Shown one piece after another: positions 63,837-64,000 of a stretch of 64,000 bases of DNA. The notes beneath the pieces were generated by a model. The model saw only the letters and a program-made list of their open reading frames with translations, was not told the origin of the DNA and made no database searches. Where the stretch lies: contig NC_042999.1 in NCBI RefSeq assembly GCF_006345805.1, positions 27,714,001 to 27,778,000 of the forward strand, written 5' to 3'. Within the stretch, counting starts at the first letter, position 1; each line of letters begins with the position of its first letter. The DNA is from Octopus sinensis. Taxonomy: Eukaryota. A program made the position numbers and the translations under genes.

Positions 63837-64000
63837 TAGTAACGGTTTTCTAAGGAACACTTGCGTTCAAGAAAAAAAATAACACACACACACATCTGAG
63901 TTTGTCGTAGGTTAGCCTACACGTAGAAATGTGACTTCCTTTTGAAATCCTCCCTGAGGAAATACTCAATTCATGGTACGATGATGTCTTTCCACCATCC

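Overview
Animal genomic DNA, very AT-rich and microsatellite-rich. The SINE families point to a coleoid cephalopod, most likely Octopus (inference). I find no confident host protein-coding gene; nearly all ORFs in the supplied track are microsatellite translations. The window is a dense transposon graveyard containing: three abundant tRNA-derived SINE families plus a V-domain SINE fragment; Tx1/L1, RTE, CR1/L2 and R4/Dong-type (restriction-like endonuclease) LINE remnants; Penelope-like elements, including a near-complete Naiad-type ORF relic; non-autonomous Helitrons; mariner and hAT relics; a telomere-repeat MITE with an 8-bp TSD; one tRNA-Asp(GTC) with two substitutions; and a 100-N gap. 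The most notable unexplained structures are: (1) six hammerhead-like ribozyme motifs, several with non-canonical cores (CCGANGA twice, UUGAAAA, CUGUAGA), mostly in short pLTR-like elements beside microsatellites; (2) SINE multimers that always rejoin at the same nucleotide of the tRNA-like hairpin, two of them inside a single TSD; (3) a 520-bp element arrayed three times in a (TAA)n tract beside a Dong-type LINE, whose shared 5' end matches an HDV-like P1 helix; (4) several long fold-back palindromes.
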